Positions 55,959 to 64,000 of a stretch of DNA of 64,000 nucleotides are shown here, piece by piece (within the stretch, counting starts at the first letter, position 1; each line of letters begins with the position of its first letter). The stretch is from a virus. The position numbers were made by a program, and so were the translations under genes. Under the pieces are notes generated by a model. The model was not told where the DNA came from. It saw only the letters and a list, made by a program, of their open reading frames with translations, and ran no database searches. The stretch covers positions 1 to 64,000 of IMG/VR virus record IMGVR_UViG_3300027836_000007, one strand, 5' to 3'.

Positions 55959-57418
55959 AGAAAGTAGCGATTCTAGGCGGGGGCACTTCTGGCTGGCTAA
56001 CAGCAATATTTTTTAAAAAAGTTTGGCCGGCACTAGAAATTACAGTAATTGAAGATCCAAAACATCCTCCAATTATAGCAGGAGAAAGTTGCACAGCACC
56101 CTTTGTCGACTTGTTAGATTTTTTAAATATTGACGTAAACGACTGGATTAAAAAAGTAGATGCTTTTCCTAAATTAGGGGGAAAGTTTGAAGGCTGGGGC
56201 CCCAATAATTCTGATTTTGTACAACCGTTATTTTCTTCTTATAAGAATCGGTGGGATTATAAAAATCCAGAGTTTGGCAAAGATAATGTTCTACTCAAAG
56301 GATTACTTGCTACAGGTTTACCCTTACATAAGATTACGGTGTCTGGTCATTTATTAGAAAATAATATAACACCTTTTACTTCTACCGGATTCGTAACTAG
56401 ACCAATGTATCATTTTGACAGCAGAAAAAATGCAGAATATTTTAAAAATATCGGCAAATCATTAAACATTAATCTAATTTTATCAAAATATCAGTCTTGT
56501 AAAATATCCGATAATGGAATTGAAAGTTTAACTTTAGAAGATCAAGAAGTTTGTGCAGATTTTTATATCGATTGTAGTGGATTTAATCAGTTGTTATTAA
56601 AAAAAGCATTAGGAGTTGAATTTAAAAATTTTTCTAAATATTTCCCAGCAACTAGTGTAATAGCTTGGTGGGACGAATCAGATTTAAAACCATATTCAAG
56701 AATGATTGCCATGGATTATGGCTGGCGATTTAATATAGACTTACGGTCTAGAAGTGGAAACGGTTATGTCTACGACGGGTCTTTAATTTCATCAGAACAA
56801 GCACAACAAGAAGTTGAAAGAAAACTTAATAAATCCGTTAATTTAGTTGCCAAAGCATCTTGGCAAGCTGAAATGGCTATTGAACCTTGGCAGAAAAATG
56901 TAATAGCAATAGGACTTAGTTCAGGATTTTTAGAACCGTTAGGATCAGGTGGTCATACTATGATTGCCTTGACTTTACAACTACTTTCAGAATTTTGGAA
57001 CCCAGAAAAAGAAACACACGGCCATGCAACTACGCTATTAAATTCTCGATATAAAGACATTGTTGATGATACTGTAGATTTTATTTCATTACACTATCGA
57101 AATAACAGAAGTGATACTGAATTTTGGAGGAAACATTTATCGGAAGAAACTGTTCCTCAATCGTTAAAACTAAAAATTGAACAACTTAAATCTGGAAACT
57201 TTTACGATATTGGGGTTGCATACTCTTTAGAAAATTATGCCGTAGTATTACAAGCATACGAGTTAATTGATAAATCATTGTTAGCTAATATTATTCGTTA
57301 CAAAAATGAAAAGTATTTAGATCAATGTATAGAAGAATATAACTTACTAAACAATCAAGCAAAACTAATAATCAAAGACTGTATTCCTACAACAGAATGG
57401 AAAAAATTATATGATTAA
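55949..57418 (+). CDS. Tryptophan-halogenase-family flavoprotein, atypical active site
   Basis: GGGTSG, AGES, DAFPK, IDCSGF; WRFNID and FLEPLGSGG deviate from consensus. Confidence 0.85.
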   Translation: MAVKKVAILGGGTSGWLTAIFFKKVWPALEITVIEDPKHPPIIAGESCTAPFVDLLDFLNIDVNDWIKKVDAFPKLGGKFEGWGPNNSDFVQPLFSSYKNRWDYKNPEFGKDNVLLKGLLATGLPLHKITVSGHLLENNITPFTSTGFVTRPMYHFDSRKNAEYFKNIGKSLNINLILSKYQSCKISDNGIESLTLEDQEVCADFYIDCSGFNQLLLKKALGVEFKNFSKYFPATSVIAWWDESDLKPYSRMIAMDYGWRFNIDLRSRSGNGYVYDGSLISSEQAQQEVERKLNKSVNLVAKASWQAEMAIEPWQKNVIAIGLSSGFLEPLGSGGHTMIALTLQLLSEFWNPEKETHGHATTLLNSRYKDIVDDTVDFISLHYRNNRSDTEFWRKHLSEETVPQSLKLKIEQLKSGNFYDIGVAYSLENYAVVLQAYELIDKSLLANIIRYKNEKYLDQCIEEYNLLNNQAKLIIKDCIPTTEWKKLYD

Positions 57419-58895
57419 CAATTTAATAATTCTCGGCGGCGGAACTAGTGGACTAGTTAACGCAATTATATTAAAGTCTATCTACCAAAAGCTCAACATT
57501 ACTATAGTAAAGTCCTCTGATGTTGGCATCATCGGCGTAGGTGAAGGTTCAACTGAACACTGGGCTCGTTTTATGCAAGTTGCAGGAATCTCCGTACACG
57601 AACTGTTAAAAGAAACAGATGCAACGTTTAAATCTGGTATAAAATTTATCAATTGGAATGGAGACGATGACTATTATTTCCATAGTGTTCACAGTCAATT
57701 TTTAACAGAAAGTTACAATGGTTCTAATAATATATATTTAAACATGATTGCAGGAGGAAAAACTCACCACGATATTATTCCTGATAACATTCATAAGTCA
57801 GTTCATTACGAACCTTTAGAAGGAACAGTCAATCAATTTCATTTCAATACCATGAAACTTAATGATTATCTCATTAAGCAATGTTTAGTTAGAGATATAA
57901 AAATTATTGACGATACAGTAGACGATGTTATTTTAGATGACACGGGCCATGTTTCAAAACTAATAGGCAAGTTAGGTGAATATTCGGCAGATTTTTTTAT
58001 TGATTGTAGCGGTTTTAAACGTGTTATATCTTCTAAATTAGGTGCAAAGTGGGTAGACTGTTCAGACTATCTACCAATGAATTCAGCATTTGCATTCCCT
58101 ACAGAAAAAATGGAAGATATTCCTTCACACACCCTTAGCACTGCAATGAGTTCAGGATGGATGTGGCGAATACCAACTAATGATAGATTTGGAAATGGTT
58201 ATGTATATTGTGATAAATTTATTACAGACGAACAAGCTATTGCAGAAGCACAATCTGTATTTCAAAAGCCTATCAACATTGCAAAGACATTTAAATTCAC
58301 TGCTGGATATGTAGATAAATTTTGGATTAAAAATTGTGTGGCTGTTGGGCTGGCTGGGAGTTTTGTTGAACCGTTAGAAGCCAGTAGTATAGGAACTTCT
58401 ATTCAACAGGCATTTGGCATCGCCAACTCTTTAATAAATTACGAGGACGGTGATCAATCATTGATTGACAAATACAATTATGATTTTGAAAGCGTGGCTA
58501 AAAATATTATTGATTTTGTTCAACTACATTATATAACTAAAAGAGAAGATTCTGCTTTTTGGAAAAATTGTAAAAATTTAAAATTAACTGAATTTAATCA
58601 ACAAACATTAGAGCATTTTAAAAAATACGGTCCTAATACAACTTTCTTTAGTAAGCCATATATGCTTTTTAGGGAAGTAAATTGGTTATTAGTCATGCAC
58701 GGCTTAAAAATGCTCGACATAGAAAGTATAAAGAATATGATGTCACAACAAAATGACGATATATTGTTTTCAACAAACGAACTTCAAAAAGATTTTAGTA
58801 AATTTGTTGAAAAACAAACTATGATTACTCATAGAGAATGTTTAGAAATTTTAAAATCTAGAAACTCCGTTCATGTTATCAGTATGGAACAGTGA
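57411..58895 (+). CDS. Tryptophan-halogenase-family flavoprotein
   Basis: GGGTSG, GVGEGS, ATFK, IDCSGF, WMWRIP, FVEPLEAS. Confidence 0.9.
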   Translation: MINNLIILGGGTSGLVNAIILKSIYQKLNITIVKSSDVGIIGVGEGSTEHWARFMQVAGISVHELLKETDATFKSGIKFINWNGDDDYYFHSVHSQFLTESYNGSNNIYLNMIAGGKTHHDIIPDNIHKSVHYEPLEGTVNQFHFNTMKLNDYLIKQCLVRDIKIIDDTVDDVILDDTGHVSKLIGKLGEYSADFFIDCSGFKRVISSKLGAKWVDCSDYLPMNSAFAFPTEKMEDIPSHTLSTAMSSGWMWRIPTNDRFGNGYVYCDKFITDEQAIAEAQSVFQKPINIAKTFKFTAGYVDKFWIKNCVAVGLAGSFVEPLEASSIGTSIQQAFGIANSLINYEDGDQSLIDKYNYDFESVAKNIIDFVQLHYITKREDSAFWKNCKNLKLTEFNQQTLEHFKKYGPNTTFFSKPYMLFREVNWLLVMHGLKMLDIESIKNMMSQQNDDILFSTNELQKDFSKFVEKQTMITHRECLEILKSRNSVHVISMEQ

Positions 58896-59527
58896 TGGCT
58901 ATAGAGCAAAAGTCTTTTCCAAATTACGGGTATTCAATGTCAGTTTTGCCCGACGACGTGTTATGTATAATTAAAGAAGAAATTAATAATTTACAAACTA
59001 ACAGTAAAATTTATAAAAATCTAGCAGGGCATTTAGAATCGCAACATTATCTAACAGAATCTCGAAACACATTATCTCCAATTATTTTAGAAATGGCGGC
59101 TGAGTATCTGCTTTCTTGGAATTTTAAAAACGAAGTACTTAGAAATAATCCAAAGGCAGATGTTATCTCTTTTAAATTAGATGATATTTGGGTAAATTTA
59201 CAGAAAAAGACAGAGTATAATCCGTTACACGACCATTCTGGAGTTTTTAGTTTTGTTGCTTGGATCAACATACCCTACAATTTAGAAACAGAAATGAAAC
59301 TGCCGAATGTCGAATCTTCAAATAACCCGTTAGCAACAACTTTTAACTTTGTCTATACTAATGTGTTTGGAGAGATTATTGCCTTGCCATTTTTTGCTGA
59401 GAAAAAACACGAAGGAACTATCATTTTTTTCCCGGCAAAGTTAAAACATTTAGTTTATCCATTTTTAACTTCAGAAGAGCATAGAATAACTATTTCAGGA
59501 AACGTGTCCCTTAACACCGCTGTGTGA
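58892..59527 (+). CDS. 2OG-Fe(II) oxygenase-like
   Basis: WVN...NPLHDHSG...FPAKLKHLVYPF...RITISGN. Confidence 0.8.
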   Translation: MMAIEQKSFPNYGYSMSVLPDDVLCIIKEEINNLQTNSKIYKNLAGHLESQHYLTESRNTLSPIILEMAAEYLLSWNFKNEVLRNNPKADVISFKLDDIWVNLQKKTEYNPLHDHSGVFSFVAWINIPYNLETEMKLPNVESSNNPLATTFNFVYTNVFGEIIALPFFAEKKHEGTIIFFPAKLKHLVYPFLTSEEHRITISGNVSLNTAV

Positions 59528-59555
59528 TAATTACATATATCACATTAGGAGACAT

Positions 59556-61145
59556 ATGAGTAACGTGAATAAAATAGTGATAGTCGGTGGTGGTAGTGCT
59601 GGTTGGATGAGCGCAGCCACTCTGATTAAACATTTTCCAAATAAAGAAATTTATGTTATAGAAAGCCCCAATGTTCCCACTGTCGGTGTTGGTGAAAGCA
59701 CTATTGGGCAAATAAACGAATGGCTGTACGATCTTGATATCAAGGATGATGACTGGATGAAACAATGTGATGCCAGTTATAAGATGAGCATCAAGTTTAC
59801 TAATTTCTATAAAGAAGATGCGGGTGCCTTTCACTATCCATTTGGTGTTCCAGTAGTTGAAGCCAAATTTTTTCCGTACGGAGTCAATGACTGGTATGTG
59901 AGGAAATCTGTTCATCCTGAGATACCGGTTTCTAATTTTGCGGACACATATTTCCCCGCAATGACATTAATTAATAAAAATAAAATTACCGACAATAAAA
60001 ACAATGAAATACCAGGCTGGAACTTTGATCGAGATGTGGCCTATCATTTTGATGCGGCAAAGTTCGGTGCTTGGCTGAGAGATTCGTATGCTGTTCCTAA
60101 AGGGGTAACACATATACCTGCTGAAGTAACATCTATACAAACAAACAGCGAAGGTGTTGAACATCTTGTATTAGATAATGGCGATAAAGTTACTGCTGAT
60201 TTATTTTTAGACTGCACAGGATTTAAATCTATTATTTTAGATAAGACGATGAAGGTTCCTTTTGAAAGTTATAGTGATTTACTACCCAATAACAGTGCAT
60301 GGGCTACACGTATCCCATTTCAAGATAAAGAAAAAGAATTAGAACCGTTTACTAACTGTACTGCTATAGGTAATGGTTGGGTTTGGAATATTCCGCTATG
60401 GAGTCGAATTGGAACTGGATATGTTTACAGTGACGAATATATTTCAGACCAAGATGCATTAGAAGAATTTAAAGAATATTTACAAAAAGAAAGAGAAGTG
60501 CCAATTCCAAAATCTGTCATTGACTCTTTAGAATTTAAAAATATTAAAATGCGTGTAGGAATACACAAAGAAATTTATCACAAAAATGTCTGTGGTATTG
60601 GGTTAGCTGCAGGGTTCATTGAACCATTAGAATCTAATGGTTTGTATACTGTTCACGAATTTTTATTAAAATTAGTTGCAATACTTAATAGAAATTCTGT
60701 AAGTCAATTTGATAAAACTGCCTTTAATGAAGGATGTAGAGGAGATTTTAGAGCTTTTGCTGAATTCGTAGCCTTACACTATGCTATGAGTCACAGGGAC
60801 CAAACTCCTTATTGGCAGGCTGTGCAACATCGTGTATTTCCAAAAACTATGCCGTTGGGCGTATATGCTACATCTGGAATTGACAGTATAATACATAGAA
60901 AGTTTGTAAGCCATTTATATGATATGGACATGGGCGGCACGTTGATGATAGCAACTGGCATGAACTTGTTTCCGTTTGACAGTAGTCTACTAAAAAGAAC
61001 GCTGTTTAGAAATTCTAATGCAGAATATCTGACCTACTTACAAGATGTTTGTTGGCATAAATGGGATGCTGACTTAGATCAAAGAAATGAATTTGCTGAT
61101 TCTGCTCCAACACTATATCAATATTTAAAAAGCAAATATGATTAA
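59556..61145 (+). CDS. Tryptophan-halogenase-family flavoprotein
   Basis: GGGSAG, GVGEST, ASYK, DCTGF, WVWNIP, FIEPLESNG. Confidence 0.92.
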   Translation: MSNVNKIVIVGGGSAGWMSAATLIKHFPNKEIYVIESPNVPTVGVGESTIGQINEWLYDLDIKDDDWMKQCDASYKMSIKFTNFYKEDAGAFHYPFGVPVVEAKFFPYGVNDWYVRKSVHPEIPVSNFADTYFPAMTLINKNKITDNKNNEIPGWNFDRDVAYHFDAAKFGAWLRDSYAVPKGVTHIPAEVTSIQTNSEGVEHLVLDNGDKVTADLFLDCTGFKSIILDKTMKVPFESYSDLLPNNSAWATRIPFQDKEKELEPFTNCTAIGNGWVWNIPLWSRIGTGYVYSDEYISDQDALEEFKEYLQKEREVPIPKSVIDSLEFKNIKMRVGIHKEIYHKNVCGIGLAAGFIEPLESNGLYTVHEFLLKLVAILNRNSVSQFDKTAFNEGCRGDFRAFAEFVALHYAMSHRDQTPYWQAVQHRVFPKTMPLGVYATSGIDSIIHRKFVSHLYDMDMGGTLMIATGMNLFPFDSSLLKRTLFRNSNAEYLTYLQDVCWHKWDADLDQRNEFADSAPTLYQYLKSKYD

Positions 61146-61899
61146 CTTTATTAAAGAGCTGTTTTCTAAAAAGAAAGAAATTATTACTTTTAGTTGCAAG
61201 GACTGGGCTATACGAAAATATTCACCGGTTGAATTAGGGGAGCAAAAATTACCTCAGGAATATTTAGATTTACCTGTGGGGAAAATTTGCCCGTTTGAAA
61301 GAAAAAATCAAAGTTATCAACTTTCAGCAAGACAATGTCCGTCGATTAATTCTTTTTTAAAGTATGGATATGTTATCTCTGCTTGGTGCGATATAGAAAT
61401 TAGTTTTGAAGACGATCATGTGTACATCAAATATAGTAATTTAGATTATAATCACGATGTACACACAGAAAATCAATATCAAAAAATTATAGGTGATCAA
61501 TTTGATGTTAGACTAATTATAAAAATAAACAACCCGTGGCATATAAAAACCTTAGATGGATATAGTTGTTTCTGGATGCCAATTTACTATACAAATAAGA
61601 ATTATCAAGCTATTCCTGCTATAGTGGATACTGATTTGATGTTAAATGACTTACCAATTAATCTAGCATTTTTTGAAAAAAAATATACTTTGATAAAAAT
61701 GGGAGAACCCTTAGTTAAAGTTATTCCTTTTCGTCGAGAGCCAATTGACGCTGTAAGCAAAAAATACGACTCTGCTGATGAAAATAGATTTTTAAATATC
61801 CTGGGATTAAATGGACTTAGTAGATATAATTGGCGAGGGTTTATTACTGCAAAAAATAAGTTTAGTTTGGATAAAAAAGACTTAGACATTGAATCATGA
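61138..61899 (+). CDS. Hypothetical protein (CP motif family)
   Basis: QCPSI...NPW...IPAIVDTD...IKMGEPLVKVIPFRRE. Confidence 0.7.
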   Translation: MINFIKELFSKKKEIITFSCKDWAIRKYSPVELGEQKLPQEYLDLPVGKICPFERKNQSYQLSARQCPSINSFLKYGYVISAWCDIEISFEDDHVYIKYSNLDYNHDVHTENQYQKIIGDQFDVRLIIKINNPWHIKTLDGYSCFWMPIYYTNKNYQAIPAIVDTDLMLNDLPINLAFFEKKYTLIKMGEPLVKVIPFRREPIDAVSKKYDSADENRFLNILGLNGLSRYNWRGFITAKNKFSLDKKDLDIES

Positions 61900-62483
61900 T
61901 CAACTTGGAACCTATCAATCTTTGGCCTAGTTTAATACATAAATCTGTTTACCCTGGAGATTTGACAAATATTTCTAGTAAATTTTTGACACTCTTTAAT
62001 GAAAATTCAAATCATAATTTAGAAAAAAACGGTGGCAAGTCTACATACAGTACTGTAAACAACCTAATTACCGACCCAGTGTGCGGCAAACTAAAAGAAT
62101 GGTTAATTCAACAAAGTAAACTAGTTTGGGATTTATCTAATTTTGTTGATCGTCCAAGACGTGTGCATAGAAGTTGGGTAAACTTACATCCTCCAGGGGC
62201 ATGGACTGATGAACACGACCATGCAATGTGTCATCAAAACATTGTTGTTTATTTAAAACAACCTGAATTAGGTGGTAACATAATGTTTAAAGATCCTCTA
62301 CAATACACATTTTCTGGATTTCCAAAAAATAATAAAAATGACTGGACAACATTGGAAGTTAAACAGAACGATGTAGTTTTTTTTCCTGGATTTTTACATC
62401 ATAAAACAGAAATTAACTCTAGTCAAGAAGATAGAATGGTTATGACTCTAACTATATCCGTGGATATATTTGCTGATGAATAA
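61896..62483 (+). CDS. 2OG-Fe(II) oxygenase-like (TIGR02466 type)
   Basis: WVN...HDH...FPGFLHH...R. Confidence 0.8.
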   Translation: MINLEPINLWPSLIHKSVYPGDLTNISSKFLTLFNENSNHNLEKNGGKSTYSTVNNLITDPVCGKLKEWLIQQSKLVWDLSNFVDRPRRVHRSWVNLHPPGAWTDEHDHAMCHQNIVVYLKQPELGGNIMFKDPLQYTFSGFPKNNKNDWTTLEVKQNDVVFFPGFLHHKTEINSSQEDRMVMTLTISVDIFADE

Positions 62484-63066
62484 TTATAGAAACGTAACAT
62501 TATTAGGAAAAATTCCACTACTCACTAGTCAGTGGTCAGAATTCGATAACTATAAAAAAGACATCGTTGATCTTTGTTTAAAACTTGAAGTTCCTAATAC
62601 GATAGAATCTAATATAGCAGTTCATGCGAAATCAGATTTGTGGGAATCGTCTTTCGATTTTTTAGAAAAACAAACAGATATTAATAATTTAAAATTATGG
62701 CTGATACAGGAATCTACTGAATTAATCAATAATTTTAACAATAGTAATTACAGAACAGTTATAACAGAAAGTTGGGCACATGTTACTAGGGCAAGTGGAT
62801 ATCATAAACCTCATTATCACTGTGGCTCAACTTGGTCCGGCATTTTTTATGTTGCTGGTGAAACTAATAAAGGAGGAAGTAATAATTGGTACTTGCCTTA
62901 TTACGTAGAAAGACAGCCTGGGTTAGAATTTGCAGATAGTATGTACACTGTTAATTGCCAGCCCGGAACATTAGTGTTATTTCCCAGTATGCTACTTCAT
63001 GATGCTGATGTGTATCAAGGAACCCAACCGAGGATAGTTATTTCTTTTAATTCCATATGCTTATAA
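62470..63066 (+). CDS. 2OG-Fe(II) oxygenase-like (TIGR02466 type)
   Basis: SWAH...HYH...WSGIFY...FPSMLLH...RIVISFN. Confidence 0.8.
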   Translation: MLMNNYRNVTLLGKIPLLTSQWSEFDNYKKDIVDLCLKLEVPNTIESNIAVHAKSDLWESSFDFLEKQTDINNLKLWLIQESTELINNFNNSNYRTVITESWAHVTRASGYHKPHYHCGSTWSGIFYVAGETNKGGSNNWYLPYYVERQPGLEFADSMYTVNCQPGTLVLFPSMLLHDADVYQGTQPRIVISFNSICL

Positions 63067-63653
63067 TAGACGACGTTATTGTGTTAGACGATATTGTTCC
63101 TAAACAATATCAAGATTTGATAGAAACTCAAATGTTAGGTGACAATATACATTGGCACTACATGAGAGACATAACCTTTGATGTTGAAAAACTCAATGAG
63201 TTAAAGGTTACTGTTGCTAAACCTGCATTTGCTCACAAATTTTACGACAGGACTGCTGGGATTATTAGCCCTGGATATGGATTAGTATTGCCCATTGTGT
63301 ACAATGCTTGCGAAAAAATTAAGTTTCATGTAAACGAAGTTATTGCCGCAAGGAGTTTTTTAACTATTCCCCTTCCAAATCTAGAAAGCGCCCTAGATCA
63401 TCCGCATGTTGATAGAGAAGTTTCTCACATAGTAGTTCTATATTATGTTACAGATTCTGACGGAGATACTGTGATATATGACAAAACTTTTAGAGATGTC
63501 TCTCCTGATCATCTTAGAAAAGAAGATTTACAAATTTTTAAAAGTGTTACGCCTAAAAAGGGAAGAGCCATCGTATTTGATGGCTCTCGATATCACACTA
63601 GCACTAGGCCAACTACTGGACACAGATGTGTAGTTAACTTTGGTGTATGGTAA
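63057..63653 (+). CDS. 2OG-Fe(II) oxygenase-like
   Basis: PHVD...YYV.DSDGDT...PKKGRAIVFDG..YHTS..P..GHR. Confidence 0.8.
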   Translation: MLIIDDVIVLDDIVPKQYQDLIETQMLGDNIHWHYMRDITFDVEKLNELKVTVAKPAFAHKFYDRTAGIISPGYGLVLPIVYNACEKIKFHVNEVIAARSFLTIPLPNLESALDHPHVDREVSHIVVLYYVTDSDGDTVIYDKTFRDVSPDHLRKEDLQIFKSVTPKKGRAIVFDGSRYHTSTRPTTGHRCVVNFGVW

Positions 63654-64000
63654 TTATGTTGGTGGAAGGTAATTTCCTGGATCGCCTTCTGCACCTGGCT
63701 TAGGCACCGCACTTTTAACTGTTTCAATCGACTTAAACCATTGGCCAGTAGGCGATATAGTTCCTGTATCGCGAATCTCTTTAAACAACATATCTAATTG
63801 ATCTCCCATTGGAGGATACGCTCTCATTCGTTGCATATAAAATGGCTCAACTGGATTTCCAAATTCGTCTCTAGAATGGGAGTGTGGGTCAGAAAATTCG
63901 CCAGTTTCCTCACTATATCCCCAGCCAGTTTCACAGTTATCAGGGCAATCAACCCAGAAGAAATCTGTAGTTGTTTCAAAATCAGTTTCATCTGGTCCTA
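63654..64000 (-). CDS. Partial protein, tail-fibre-associated/chaperone-like; start lies beyond the window
   Basis: Frame open to the window end (FFWVDCPDNC...RMRAYPPMGDQLDML). Confidence 0.55.
   Translation of the reverse strand, partial: GPDETDFETTTDFFWVDCPDNCETGWGYSEETGEFSDPHSHSRDEFGNPVEPFYMQRMRAYPPMGDQLDMLFKEIRDTGTISPTGQWFKSIETVKSAVPKPGAEGDPGNYLPPT

Noticed and set aside
1-64000. Alternative genetic code (stop-codon reassignment)
   Set aside because: Core genes translate full length in the standard code, and TAA, TAG and TGA all occur as genuine stops.

Overview
A 64-kb slice of a large T4-like (myovirus) bacteriophage genome in five blocks. (1) 1-1.7 kb: largely non-coding and repeat-rich. 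(2) 1.7-12.6 kb: an early (putative host-takeover) region of about 35 small + strand genes. It has 20 near-perfect sigma70 promoters (TTGACN-N17-TATAAT), A/C-rich leaders often ending in a shared GGAGCGAA ribosome-binding site, two tRNAs and a ~330-nt structured non-coding element. (3) 12.9-33.5 kb: tail-fibre/adhesin genes and the replication/recombination module (gp41-like helicase, carbamoyltransferase, primase, mini-DnaE-like protein, UvsW, UvsY, UvsX, gp32). (4) 33.6-50.8 kb: packaging, tail and neck genes, many apparently leaderless behind a TAA(A/G)TA late-promoter motif. (5) 50.8-63.7 kb: an AT-rich tandem array of 11 2OG-Fe(II) oxygenase-like genes, 3 tryptophan-halogenase-like genes and 3 accessory genes. 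The top candidate for a new system is an RNA at the 3' end of the early region (12387-12563). It displays TTCGCTCC twice in hairpin loops, the exact reverse complement of the GGAGCGAA RBS found at 11 early genes, suggesting a phage anti-RBS small RNA that could switch off the early regulon. All functional calls come from reading motifs by eye; no searches were run.
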